The notes under the pieces are model-generated. The model ran no database searches, was not told the DNA's origin, and saw nothing but the letters and a program-made list of their open reading frames with translations. DNA of 64,000 nucleotides from Epiperipatus broadwayi (taxonomy: Eukaryota; Animalia; Onychophora). This document shows positions 1-13,699 of the stretch, piece after piece. Each line of letters starts with the position of its first letter. Position 1 is the stretch's first letter. A program made the translations under genes and the position numbers. The stretch spans positions 27,218,001 to 27,282,000 of the forward strand of contig JAQFVV010000001.1 in NCBI GenBank assembly GCA_028023455.1, given 5' to 3'.

Positions 1-1131
1 CTTTAATTTGTAATTAATTCTGTTATTGATGGCTGTTTTACAACTTTTCACTTAATTTTCTATTTTTGCCTCTTATGTACGTATATTTAAACTATCTATC
101 TTATTATAGTCTCTCAGTTTAAACATTTATTTTTTTACATACATTGCACAGATTCAAAGATTGGTTGTCAATAAGTAGACTGCCTCTACTCAAGGAATAG
201 CCACAATTCAGCTTATCAGCCTATTTATTTTTTTATCAAGTACAAATTGCAATAAATCACCACTTCTCAAAAGAAAAGAGTTCAAAAAGTCTGACGTTTA
301 CTGCTCCAGAAGTCCAGTGCTTTTAATAGAAATCTGTTTTTGATAAAACCCCATTGATTCCAGTAAAAGATCAGTGGTTTATGTAAATAATCATAAATTG
401 AAACAATAAAGTCTACATATTTAGAGAAAACATCCAGAATATTTCCACCATCATAAGACTACAAATTCCAATAAAGATTCAAATTTCCTACCAAAAATTC
501 TCAAGTACCTCCATGAAAAGACAGTATCTAAAAACATTTTTATTAATTAAAAGTCAATTTGAAGCTACCAAATCCTCTAAGTTTTTTAACCACAATAATA
601 CTAAAATCTTCATGAAAATATTTCAGGGATTTATATTCTGAGGCTAACTTATAAGTAACAAGAGTCATATGACTTAAAACTTCCTAAGTTTATTTAATAG
701 TGAAGCTACTGAAGTGATGAGACTACTATATACATATATACAGTGGAGAAACTCTTTTAATAGAATTAATGAATTCAAACATTATGAAATATTACACTTT
801 TGAATATTATAAATATACTATAAATTTTTTAAAAAAATCATTAAAAGCCCACTCATTGTCGAAGCTGCTTATTAAAGAAGTCACCTTAAAAAAAACTACA
901 GCTAAATATATGCCAGTGTAACATTAAATTATAATAAAAGTCATTACTTTTTGTATTATGAATTTTAAGCCAATTTAAAACTGCATATCACCATAACACA
1001 TAAAATTGGAATGATAAGATTTATCTTACTTATAATCACAAATTTATTTTTAATAAATGATAAAAGTTAGATATTCTATAATATTTGTAATATTTGATTG
1101 AATACAATATACATAGAGTTTTTAGATGTAA

Positions 1132-1200
1132 TTATATAAGGAACTTGAACATAGGATAGCAGAAGTGAGTTTGAAGTCTGTGTTCAAGTCCCTTATATAA
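1132..1200. mobile_element. Mini-MITE (family A), internally deleted hairpin copy
   Basis: 19-bp inverted repeats with 1 mismatch (ttatataaggaacttgaac / gttcaagtcccttatataa). The same terminal motif occurs at 3442, 27084 and 31763, and the core is flanked by TA. Confidence 0.7.
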
Positions 1201-1257
1201 TATATATATATATATAAGTGATACATGGCTTGATTTTATGTATAATATTATTTGGTA

Positions 1258-2001
1258 CTTAAGGAATAATCTGGACACCAAGATTGATTATAGTTAACAA
1301 AATTTTTTATCATATTGAGTTTTTAACTAGTGAGTCTGGAATAATATAAACTAGACTTTTTAGAATCTTGGTGGAAATTCTGAGTAATTACGGGTGTATA
1401 CACTGATATATTTAATTGTTCCCTTTCCGTTTGATTTAGAAAAAAAAAATGTAATACATTTATTATTAGACTATATTTTTTATTTAAAAGAATCATATTA
1501 TTTTTATGGTTGACTGTAAGCAAGCAATTTTCACAAGGACAGCATTATTCCGTTTCCATACTTTAGTTTAGATAAATAATTATGAGGAAAAATAATTTTT
1601 GAGACAATATTTGTTTGAGTGGCTGTTTTCTTGGGGAGGGGGGTTAAATGTTGAATTAATCTTTCTTACAAGATACGATTTTGTAAACTAATGTTGTTCT
1701 TTTATCTTTATTTAAAAAGTTAGTTGCTATTTATTTATGATAAAAATAATTTTACAAATATGGTTGTAAAACATTACACTGCACCAAAGAATCAGAAAAT
1801 ATAGTGTTATAAGAAATATGTTCCTTTTTTTTCTAAATCAAATGAAAAGGTAACAGAATTAAGTATATCAGTATATATACCACAATTAGTCAGAATTTTC
1901 ACAAGATTCTAAAAAGTCTAGTTTATATTATTTTAAAAAATCAACATAATTAAAATTTTAGTTATCTGTAATCAATCTTGGTGTTCAGACTAATCCTTAA
2001 G
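1258..2001. mobile_element. Foldback/MITE with ~190-bp terminal inverted repeats and TA target duplication (Tc1/mariner-like)
   Basis: 1256-1451 is the reverse complement of ~1822-2003 (e.g. ctagactttttagaatcttg / caagattctaaaaagtctag). Ends read TA|cttaagg...ccttaag|TA. No ORF. Confidence 0.8.
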
Positions 2002-3441
2002 TATCTATTATTTTTATTTCCTTATTATAAAAATGATCAGAGTATATTTATATTGAAGTGTGATAAAATTTATGTTTTTCATGCACATGTATTACCAACA
2101 TACACAGTGTATGACTGTTTGTGCCTTTCTAGATATTTAAATAATAGGTAAGATAACACAGAAAAAAATATAACAAATTTATTTTAAAAAAGAAATTTAA
2201 ACATAGTGAGAAATTTTATACTCTTTCAAAATTTAATCATAGTAATTCAAATGTTCCTAGTAAATAGGCGTTACTCAAAAGCTATGGTAATATTTTATAT
2301 GCATTTCAATTTTGTTTGGAAGCTATTGTATTATATAAGGGAGCTATAATAAAATTTTATTGGCATACATCTTTGCATTAAGAGCAGCAATCCATTCTAT
2401 CATTTACTCTTAGCCGTTTATTGTAATCATGAGTAATTAATAGATGCAAAATAATAATGCCAATGTAAATCACTAGACTAGTTTTTGGATATTAGTTTTA
2501 TAAAAAATATCGAATTGCCCATATACATGCAACATCGAGATTGAATCATTTTACATAAAGAAATTAGTTACTTATAACTTTCAAATATCCTATATTGTAC
2601 AACAGATTAGCAATTACATATTTTAATGATCTTAATTATATGCATGTATATGATTTGTGTAATCCAATACTTCTTATTGACAAAAGCAATATTCATAATC
2701 TTTTCTAAGGATTAGTTTAACATTGCTACCTGCTGGCAATAGATTATTCCTGTTTGTAATAAATGACCCTAAAGTAAATTGGATGAATGTCATGTGATGC
2801 TCTTTTTGTTATAAAACATTTAAATTTTATGAACAGATCTATTTATGAGCTGAAATGACTCTATATAATATATATAAAAGAAAGAGACTCGATACATTTA
2901 TACAATCATGTAAAATGTCTATATATAACTTATATGCTGATTTTACAATTTATCTTTTTGGAAATATATATGAGAATCATATTTGGCATATATATTAATA
3001 GAATATTTTCTCTAACGTTTCCTCTGTTAACAATTTTTTTTAATCTGCATTACTTTTACAAAAATATTTTAAATCAAATCTGAGTTCAAAAAATAAGTAC
3101 AATAAATTTTACTCTAATTTGCAATTGAATTCATTTTGGTAAAAAAAAAAAAAAGGACTTCTTTTTAATGTTGTTTTTAAACTGAAACTATAATTTGCGA
3201 AATAGTTTAAGAAAATTTGTGATTGGTTCACTATCTAAGCTTCTATTTTAAAATTATCAATTGTAATTAAACTAAATGTCAATAGCATGTTTACATTAGA
3301 ATGCTTTTATATATTTGTGAAGATATATTTTTTCTTTTTTTTAAAAGTTTGACACTTAATTGTATGATAAATAATAATGCTATTAAAAACAAAAATGATA
3401 AAAAAGTCAATCTAGATAATAGTTCACACATATGTATATAG

Positions 3442-3521
3442 TAAGTATAGGGGATTTGAATTTCATCTACTTGAATAGATGGAGGGCGTTTGAAAATCTG
3501 AGTTCAAATCCCCTATACTTA
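3442..3521. mobile_element. Mini-MITE (family A)
   Basis: Perfect 19-bp inverted repeat taagtataggggatttgaa / ttcaaatcccctatactta. The internal sequence resembles the 27084 copy. Confidence 0.75.
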
Positions 3522-3829
3522 AATTAAGCTCCAGGTTTGTGAATAGTGCCTGGTTTTCAAATATTTACTTATGTATATAGATGAATGGGCATAACCTGAA
3601 ATCAAACTAATAGGCAATTTATAACTTACTTAATACAAATTTTTGTTCCCTACTGGTAGACTATCACTTACATATGGACAAAAGAAAAAAAAAACAATAG
3701 ATGTTGTTTTTATGGAAAGAAGAGTAAATGATTATCAGTAATAAAAAGTTTAATACCAAGCAGCCTACACGCCTTCAATTAATTATAGAATTATTATAGC
3801 TTTATCTTTCTTATTGCATTGCCAAATCC

Positions 3830-3998
3830 ATATAATATTAATATCATCTATGTTCTTTTTTACTTTTTACAATGCTTTTTTATAACCCACTAGTAACAGT
3901 TTCGAGTGACCCAGCAATCTTCTTCAGAACTACTTATATTTCCACATGTTAAGCATTATAAAAAGGAATAAAGAACATAGATGATATTAATATTATAT
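3830..3998. repeat. ~29-bp inverted repeat pair (possible MITE relic)
   Basis: tataatattaatatcatctatgttcttt at 3831-3858 and its reverse complement at 3970-3997. Confidence 0.7.
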
Positions 3999-5079
3999 AG
4001 AATTATTGCTAAATTCTTTGATAAATTTAAAGATACAGACTATATTCTTGATTATCAGTAGAATGGCTAATCTTAACATAGTCAACTGTTTATATCAACC
4101 AATTCAGAACAATAATCACATAATTTTATTGCTTGGAAGTTCATAATAAGTTTGAGTTGGGCATAATCTACTACTACATCAAATTATGGAGGGCATAACA
4201 AGATGATTTAGAATCAATAAAATTAAAATTTGAAGACACATTAACTTAATTCAGGAGGTAAAAGATCTTACATTAATCAAGTATGAAGTGTTTCAAGTAT
4301 CGTGCTTTATGAGTGATATATTATATAAAGTAAATTAAATACTCGATTTGATTGCTGCTATTTACACCAAAAACTATTTCATGTTAATTATATTTTATAA
4401 AAAAAAAAGCATATCACTTTAATAATATCAAAATGAATATTAAGATAAAATGAATATTAAAATATTGCACATGAGAAAAGTAATAAGTTCAAGGAAACAT
4501 ACTAGTGAAAATATCAACATCTTTCTGGATGTTCAAAAATCATCCAGAGATTTAGTAACATTTAAATCATATGTTCAGAAAGATTATAGAAAAGGTGTAT
4601 AACATAATAATCACTTTTTACAATAAATTTGATATGTTAGGCAAATGAGCTAAAGCATTTACCAGGAAACAATTTCTGTACTTTAAAATGAATTTAATCT
4701 ATTCTTTTAAAGAATTTAAAGCTTTACACAATATTAATAATAATTGAATTAAGATAGCCTAAATTATAAGGCATTTTTAGCAATAGACAAAAACCATATC
4801 AGGGACATATATTTCATCAGTCATTTATTATTCAGTTATTATATTCATGACATAATCTCTTCTACAGAAATCAATGGCTTTGAAATGAAATCTCATTCAT
4901 AAATACTTGTGATAGTTTTGATAGACATTAGAATGTTCTTTGAAAATTTGTGATGATGACATAGTGCCGTAGTTGTAATTATATGTTGGACTATTTTTAT
5001 CATCTAAGATTGATTGCTTTAAGAAAAAAATTTATTCAAACTTTTTAGATAGTAAAAGTCACAATAGTACATATATTAG

Positions 5080-6420
5080 TATACAACTCATAGCCTTCAA
5101 ACAATATTATTAATCTCTTTTCTTCACGTATTAATGACCTGACCAGTGACAGTATTAGCAATGAAATTGAACCAGGGGCCTTTAGATTTATGAATATTAC
5201 ATTTAAGGCAATTCTCTAATCAAATAGACTATCCTGCCAAAAAAGCAATATTCAATAGAAATTTCATATACTTATCTATTAAGACCTTCTTATTTCTTCA
5301 TTTTTACATTAAAGGCAATGTTAATGAGTAAATTTCAATGTTATCAACATTAGGTTGGCTTATGGGGGTGTTTTCCAATGCAATATGAGAAGTTTTTTAA
5401 ATTTTCTACTTTATATTTTTACTTCTGTTTCCAATTTGTATATACATGATCTTCTATTATATATATATATGGTTTTTTACTTTTAGTAATCAATTAACAA
5501 TCTTTTAATCACTTTTTAATGGGACACCTGGTTTTACCAACATGTATATCTATTTATATTCATATGGTATTTCGTAAATGCAGTTTTCATTTTTTTGGAT
5601 TTTGAATTTAGATTTTGTATAGATTAGGGTTTCTCATAGAATAATATGGCTTTGGAAAGCTGTTCTGACATTTATCTTGATTACAATTATTTTTAGTTAA
5701 TCTGCTATTAGTGTATATATGGATAGATTGCATCTATAATTCTTTTTTTTTTTTGCTTTTTTTTATTTATTTTCTATTTAAAAATTTCTTAATAACATCT
5801 GATTATTTATAGAATTTGTTTTAAATATTTTTTTTTTAACCAAATAAATTGATTTCTGAACACATTTATTTTTCTCTTTTCAATCGTAACATTATAATTC
5901 CATGTTTTGTGTTTCTGTAATGATTGCATACATAAAGTAAGTATTTTTCTGCATATGTGTGTTGTTAGTTCTTTTTTTTTGGGGGGGGGGGGGGGACTAT
6001 AGTTTTGATTTTACCATGAGGGAGTATCTATGAAAGCCAATTTTTGTTCTTGTTCTGATTCAATTATTAAATTAATTGGTGATCTTTTATTTATGTTAGT
6101 CTGGAATGTTTGTAATAGTGTCATTGTGTAGCCATACAATAAGTGTATTATTAACATAGTCAAGCCAGAGTTTAAGTGAACATGAAGCAGTATTTATAGC
6201 TGCATTTTCAAGTTCTTCCAAATAAATATTGGTGAATCCCTAGCCATCACTTGATTTTGTTGAAAGAATTCTATGATACATTAAAAGTATGTTCTTGTTA
6301 TGCAGAATATTAAGTTTTATTATCCTATCCATAAGATGAGTTGTTCTGACTTGTAAATGATTATTGCCATTTAATCTTTTTTTTTGCAATAGACAATGTT
6401 TTTTCATAGGGGACATATGC
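5080..6420 (-). mobile_element. Penelope-like element, 5'-truncated inverted copy (RT core to 3' end), degenerate
   Basis: The minus strand gives a degenerate RT: QVMARDSP (GxAMGSP), EELENAAI, KLWLDYVNNT (WxRYVDDT), EQEQKLAFID (LPFLD). 5125-5250 (+) is homologous to 8585-8700 (-). Confidence 0.7.
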
Positions 6421-6429
6421 AAATAAGCT

Positions 6430-8800
6430 TTCTATGTTAAGGACTTAGAATCCCTGACAAAGGATCTTGATAAGTTTTAACAAAGTGAATTAACTTTCAT
6501 ATGTATATCAGATGAGGTTATTTAATAAGGTTTGCTGTTAAAACATCCAATTCATTCTCAGTAAGCTGAGAAAATTACTTAAAAAACAAATGAGGATTTA
6601 TTAAAAGAAAGAATAAATGTTTAAAGGAAAAATTGATCAATCTTGTGTTGCTTGATAACATAGAATATTTTGTGAAAATAAACATACTGATGAAGACTTC
6701 ATAAAAGTTTTTCAAGCCATAAGAAAATCATATTCTAGATTGCGTGAAAAAATAAAAGAATCTCAAAAGAAAAAAACTTATTATATTGCACCAACACCTA
6801 TCAGCTTCAGTAGGTAAAAACCTTAGTTCTAAACATCCAACAGATGTTAAATTTCTAGTCTCAAAAAAGGAGTAAACTTTAGATATAGTGACAGCAACTG
6901 AAAAAGTCATTCTACAATTGTCTTTAAAAGAAGCAGCAGAATTATGCTGGAGAATAAAAAAAAACACTTAAGCTACCCAAAACCCAAATCAAATATTTTC
7001 TCTCATGAGAAAAAAGTTAGTAACTTCTCAAATTAGATAAATCCATAATCATTCTCCCTTCTGACATAGGCAATGTGTGTAATGAATATTTTTATTATGA
7101 TAACAAAATAAAAGAGATTCTCATTGAAGGCCAATATAAAAAAGTGGCAAAAAATTCTATATCAGCCACAGAAACAAAGTTATAAGCAAAATATAGAAAG
7201 CAACACAGCTATTTCACTTATTAAGAAAAAAGTAAGTTAATATCATATTTCAAAAATTCTCTATCTTTAAAGTTTATCTAAAATCCATAAGGATCATATT
7301 TCATTAAGATCTACTGTTAGTTCTAGAAATTCACTTTGACAAATTGTGTCAAGATTCTTAATCCTTTGGCAAGTCCTTTGTCAGGGATTCTAAGCACTTA
7401 GTGACATTAATCAATAACATGAATATTAAAAAAAATCAGGCATATTGTTAAGTTTCAATATGGAAAGTTTATTCACAAGTATATCTTGCAATGAAGCATT
7501 CTTTATTGTAAAGAAAAAATTAAATGACAATAGCTTAAAACCAGAACAATTCCTCTTTAATAATGTTATTGTTAACATTTTGCATAACAACAACATACTC
7601 TCAGTAAAACTCATAAGCTTTTTAACATAAGTGATGGCTATAGGTTCACCATTAGCACCCCATCTTGAAACTACAGATATAAGTATTACTCCTTATCCAT
7701 GTAAATAATGTCTGGCTTCACTATATTGATGATACATTTGTCAAATTACCACATGGTGTTATAATCTAAACATATATCAATAACAATCAATAACATATCT
7801 CCTTCAATTAATTTTATAAATGAATCAAAAAAAACAAAAATTGATATTTTTAGATGTTTTTGTGACAAGATTTTCTTAATAACAAAGTCAAAAATACAGA
7901 ATACAGAACACCCACACGAACAGAAAAATACCATACCTATCCAATCATGGTAGAATCATAAACATGGAATTATATGTCATTACAGAAAGAGCAAAAATGT
8001 TTTGTTCAGAAACCAATGATTTGGCAAAAGAAAAAGATCTATAAAGAATAAACTCTTGTGAAGAATGGTATCCATCAACTGTCATTAAAAAAATCTTAAA
8101 TAGACAAAAAAATTCAAAAAAATATTATAGATACCATATTGTATCTATATATATCAAGTAAAATTTGTAATCAATATATCAGAACAACTTTTCAACGTTA
8201 TAGCCCTCTACAAGGAATCCCAACCCTACAAAGCCTAAACTTGAAATGCTGAAAAACAAAAACTGCATCTACAAAATACTATGATCATTCTGAAGGATGT
8301 ACATTGATGAAATCAGTATCTCCATTGTAAAGTGATTAAAAAAACACAAATTGATAATGAAAAATGAAGAAACAAGTCTATCTAAGGTTGCAGACTCTGT
8401 ATATAGCAATTGGACAGACAAAAAAATTTAAAGAAGCTGCTCACATAACAATAGTAAACAAACCCATAACTCACATAGTATGATAATTTATGACACTTGG
8501 GAATCACTAACTTTGCTCTCAAGGAAAAAGTGAAAAAATTAAGTTGACCTTAATAGATAAATATACTAAATTTTTACTATTACTTTTGATGTAGTATCTT
8601 AATTGATAAGAGCATTGTCTCAAATTCAATAATCATAAATCTAAAGATTTCAGATTCAATTTCCTTGCTAGTAATGTCACTAGTTAGGTCAGCAACACCT
8701 GAAGATGAGAGAAAAATATTACTCAAAACATTGAGATATATATTAATCAATGAGCTATTGATCAAAAATGAATATAATTGAAAGTTTAAATAAAGTTTGA
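6430..8800 (+). mobile_element. Penelope-like retroelement (RT + GIY-YIG endonuclease), pseudogenised
   Basis: SFNMESLFTSI (7445 ORF; SFDVxSLFTxI), MAIGSPLAPIL (~7632), WLHYIDDTFV (~7712), FLDV, NGYP, and CIYKI..MYIDE (GIY-YIG-like, ~8265-8310). Many stops and frameshifts. Confidence 0.85.
8690..8763 (+). ncRNA. Degenerate hammerhead ribozyme relic at the Penelope 3' end
   Basis: CTGAAGA core at 8699-8705, stem II gag/ctc, then AAAAC in place of GAAAC, stem III cattga/tcaatg, partial stem I. The cleavage triplet is mutated. Penelope elements are known to carry hammerheads. Confidence 0.5.
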
Positions 8801-8859
8801 ATTTTTCAAAAACATTTAATAATTAATATTAGATGATGATATTAGTTCGATATAAAATT

Positions 8860-9030
8860 ACAATTAGAATGTTTAGATTGTGTTCTTTGTAGCCATGTGT
8901 TCCACTGTAATTTTGTGCTTTATAATTACAATTCTTTATAATGACCATCACTTATTTCTAACTACAACTGGTTTTATTATAATTTAGTCTCTTTTTTAAT
9001 AATCATCACTCTTGAGAATGACCTTTTTTA
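8860..9030 (-). mobile_element. Possible hAT transposase C-terminal remnant
   Basis: The minus strand reads KRSFSRVMIIK, resembling the hAT dimerisation motif ERSFSxLKxIK. Nothing else is recoverable. Confidence 0.3.
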
Positions 9031-10789
9031 AAAATTATATATACATAAACCTTTATTAATACAATAACTATTTACAATTTATACAAGTAATTAAACAGAT
9101 GATAAATATATTACAGTTTTGTATACCAAAACCCAAAGAATTTGATATATTCCACTATTAAGACCAAAAAGACTGCAGGCAATTAACTAGTTCTCTTCAA
9201 CTCAGGATATTGACTTGTAACACTGCAATATAAGGAGACTCTAAGACATGCATCTCAAATGACCAGAATGACTATTTTAGAACAAACATTTTAACAGTTT
9301 GCATACAGAGGCTTTAGCTAAAGCAGCCTAAATAATATAATTTATTTCAAACACAGTATATTCAAACCTTGCTTTTCACAGGTTTATAAAATTGACATAT
9401 GTCATTTTTAGCATTGAATATCTTCTTAAGGATCTATCTGTGTAAAAAAAAAATGTTACATTGCTACATATTTTTGGGTATATGATAAAAACATAATGTT
9501 AAAGTGGTCCCATTAATTAATCTAGATATGTATATACATTCATGCAGAGAATAAAAAAAATGTTCTAATAATTGTTTCTGTATAATTAAATGAATACAAT
9601 AATAAGTCATATTCCTATTGTTCTAATGTTTTGAGTTTACATCTTTATACATGGAAGCAGTATATAACAGAAAAAAAGCTATTTTAATCTCTCTTCCTTT
9701 TCATAAAATTTAATAACTTAACTTTGAATAAACTAATTAATCTTAGGTCATTCACTTTTTTCATCATTTTAATTTTATTTTAAATTAAATTTTAAATAAT
9801 ATATTCTGTATAAAAACGTTCCTCCAAAATTCAATTCTATTTGAAATAAAATGATTTCAAAAATAATCATTAATACTTTATTATAATAAAAAATGGTTTA
9901 AATGAATTATTTTGCACCGAAAGTTTTTTTAATATTAAGTTCAAACTTATAGGTAATCAAAATGCTATTTTAATTATTTTCCAAAAATCTAAAATATTTT
10001 CATAATTTTTATAACAACCTTTATAAAAAATTTATTTAATTCATCTTTAAATATGAATGTTGTAATAAACAGATCAAAATGAGACAGATTTAAGCAAGAG
10101 CTATCTGTATATATTTTTGTTAATATTTTATTATTTAAAAAAAATCAGGCAAAAGAAGTGTTAATGGGATATGGTATAATCAATATATGAAGAATGATTA
10201 TACATATAATAACATTTGATAATTAAAAAGAATATAAAATTGAAAATATTAACCATTTATTTTAATTGGGTACTTTTTTATTCATAGAGAGTAAAAAGTT
10301 AGATAATGATGATCCTACTAAGTATGATATTTTCCATATCAATAGTGAATGCAGAATCATATTCTAATTGTAATTTTTGTTCTTACAACCAGTTCCCTAA
10401 TTCTCATTGACTAACATTTTCTAATTATAGCTAGAACCCCACTTTAATGATCAATAATGAGTAGCTTGCTATGTTTGCTACAAGCTAGATACTTGAAAAA
10501 AATCATAAACCTATGTACAATTTAATAAAACATTGAAAGTTCTGGAACTAAACACAGATTATACATGTGGTACAACATAAAGTCCTTCAATTAATAGAAG
10601 AAAGAAATAGTTTTTAAAAACAAAATAAATGTATTAATAACTTTAATATATTATTCATTTATAACTTTTCAACTATATGAAGATGTTTATTTAGTTTTGA
10701 AACTTATCTTAAAAGAAATCAAAAAGAAAAGAAAAAATGTATATCAAATTATACTATGCCAAAGTTAAACACTTCAGTGAAAAATAAAA

Positions 10790-11870
10790 GGACAATGTCT
10801 AATTGCAGATTTTCAATGTATTCCATTCTCTGCCATAACTTCCAATGCAAACAATTGACATTGCATGTCATTAAAATCTCTTTAAGTTAATGTTTATAAT
10901 AGATAGTCTCTACCTCTCCCATGAAATGCATACTCAAATTCCCATAAAATGCATTTTAAGGAACTCTTGTACTGTTCATTCATTTTACATATTCAGTCAA
11001 ACAAAGATGTGATTTTACAATAGTGGAATCTATAGTATCATAACTAGCATATTGAAGAACATATTGATTGCTTTTATGATTTCACAATTGTATTTTTAAC
11101 ATTTTATAAAGCATCCTTAAATGAAAGTTTTATAATATTTTTATATTGTACTGATAGAGTATCCAAGTCTCATTTTCATACAATAAATTAAGTAAAATAA
11201 ACAGTTATGTATAAATCTAAATTATTTGCAGTAGTTATTTCCCTGTGATAAAATACAGCACCACACAGGAATATCTGTTATATCTCATCATCTAAAATCC
11301 ACTTTTCTACTTAGAAAACTACCAAGGTATTTCAACTGATTTAAATTCTCAATGTGATAGCAATCCAAGTTAAAAGTTGTTGAAAAATTTATCTTCCATC
11401 ATTGGATGAAAAAAAAAACTTGAGTTTTCAGAACATTGACTGATAAACTCAAGTCTTTATATGCTATATTCAAAACATTAAATATATTCTGCTGATTGTC
11501 TTATGAACTGGTAAAAATACCACAATCATCAGTAAATTGTTAATCCAGAATCCAAGAGTAAGAAGTTTTTGTTTTCATTTTTAATTGATTCAAATTAAAC
11601 ATTTTCACTTCACTTAACACCAATTTTCATTTCAGTTATCTTAGATTTTCCACCTATAGTGATAACATTGTCTCTCATTGATAACACTTTCTTTCATTCC
11701 ATCATATAGAAACTATGTAATATAAATAAATTTTGGTGGACAACAAATTAATTTCAAATCTTGACATTAAGTGAATCAAAAGCAAAAATAAAATCAATAA
11801 AAGCAATGTGTAAATCATTCCTTTGTTCCTGGACACTTTTCTTATCAAATTACATTTCTTTAAATCAATA
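10790..11870 (-). mobile_element. RTE-clade (BovB-like) LINE RT remnant
   Basis: Minus-strand motifs KCQEQRNDLHIAFIDF..AFDSL, QFTDDC (FADD), KYLGS..DDEI, and a C-terminal WEV.AE..W-like segment. Confidence 0.75.
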
Positions 11871-13640
11871 ATATACATTTGCTACAAATGTTTTATTAAA
11901 CAAACAAACCCCCCCCCTCCCAAAAAAGCAGTTCAATTAAAAAAAATAAAAAAAATATGAATGCAATTAAATCTATAATTATAATCTATTGCTTAAAAAT
12001 TATTTAGAAAGAAACCAATTAAAATAATACAAGTCTTATATTCAACATTTGAATAAAATCTAGATAATAACTTGAAATTTAGAAAGTAAATAGACGCTTG
12101 AAAAAATAAATGGAATTTAATGTTATCAACTGAAGATTGATCTCTGCAAGAATACCCAGATAATATTTTTCTGAAATATTTTATTATTTGTTTGCCTTTT
12201 TTTAATTGAACAATATATATATATAATCCACATAAGATTGGATATAATTTTTCAATTCTTCTAATGAATTACCTATTTATAATACATTTAAAATAGCTTT
12301 AATTAATCAGTTGGGATTCAAATAAAAATTCATTTCAGATTTGGTTAAACATATGCCCCTTTCTCTGGTACTAGAATTCAAAGCATTTTTTTCTATTGAA
12401 CATGTTCATTATCCAATTTTCACAGCCATTAAAGGTAATAATCTATTTTTTATTTATAAAAATGGGAGCTTATTTAATTTAAAACAAATATAATTTTACA
12501 ATTGAATAATTACAGATCAAAATATATTAGTATTTTATCAGCATTACAACAAATTTCTATTTCAATCAACGCATTTAAATTTAATAGCTAAGAAATTAAT
12601 ATATAAAAAAAGCAAGATATTAGGATTTTCTCTTTAAAAAAATTGATAACTGAACTTTTTCTGTGTTATAATTACAAAAGAACTACAACGAACACAATCC
12701 ATTGTGATTATCCCAAAGTTTTAGTGACTTTTGTTAAGCATGTATGCATAAAATACTGTGATTTTCACTGATATGACAAGGTTCATAATTTCTATCAAGT
12801 CCTTATTACATATCAACTATAAGACATAAGTTGAAAGTAAACAAAGGTATATGTGAGTGACTTTTAAAATTAATAGACAGAATAAGAAGTGTGCAGGGTA
12901 ATTCCAGAAATATTTTTTGATGATGTGGTTTTCAAGTGTATATAAATAAATTCAAGGTTTAATAAAAGAAAATACATAGTAGTGAACAAGGGATTTTGCA
13001 AAGTAGAAGAAAAAATGTTTAAATTCCATAATCTACTTTTGGAATTATAAAATTTAAAGTAAAATAAATAAAGTTAAAAAAATTAAAGCAAATACAAAAA
13101 TGCTACAACATTCCATTTAATAGGCAAAAGTATTTGAGATTATTAAAAAAAGTGTAAACCATAAGTTAGTTAGGCAAATATGAACATAGATTTAAGAGAA
13201 AATTATCACATAGCACTTTAAGTAATTATACAGTCTTAATTTGTCTTTTTCAAATGTCATATTTATTCATTCTAATCATCTTTTCTCTCAAATTATTTTG
13301 TTAACAAGTTTAATATTCATAGTTTTAAAATATATCTTTTTATCAATCTATATGTAACAATCAACAGTTGTGCTGCAGATGTGATTAACAAGTAGAGGTC
13401 AAAATTGACTGCATGCATTTCATCATACTCCTCCCAAATAAGATAGTAATAATTATTATTAGATTATAAGACCTTATAGAACAATATCTCAATGAATATA
13501 TATGATAATAAATGGTGTGCTATAGAATATTGTAACCAAGCAGATTTCAAATTATTATAAGCATCTCAAAAACTATTATGTCACAATTATCTACCAATAA
13601 ATAAATTCTAGACTATACTCTTTACTGTGTTTATACTCTA

Positions 13641-13687
13641 CCCCCCCTTCCCCCCCCCCCCCCCCCCTTAACCCCAAAGGGTGGGGA
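13641..13687. repeat. Poly-C tracts (G4/i-motif capable)
   Basis: cccccccttccccccccccccccccccttaacccc...gggtgggg. Confidence 0.7.
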
Positions 13688-13699
13688 AAAAAAATGATA

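Noticed and set aside
130-700. hAT-like transposase remnant
   Set aside because: Only a vague ALDFWS motif; no second motif could be confirmed.
8580-8765. 61-aa minus-strand ORF with a good-looking acceptor and donor
   Set aside because: It is the antisense of the Penelope 3' repeat/hammerhead region and has an inverted homologue at 5125-5250.
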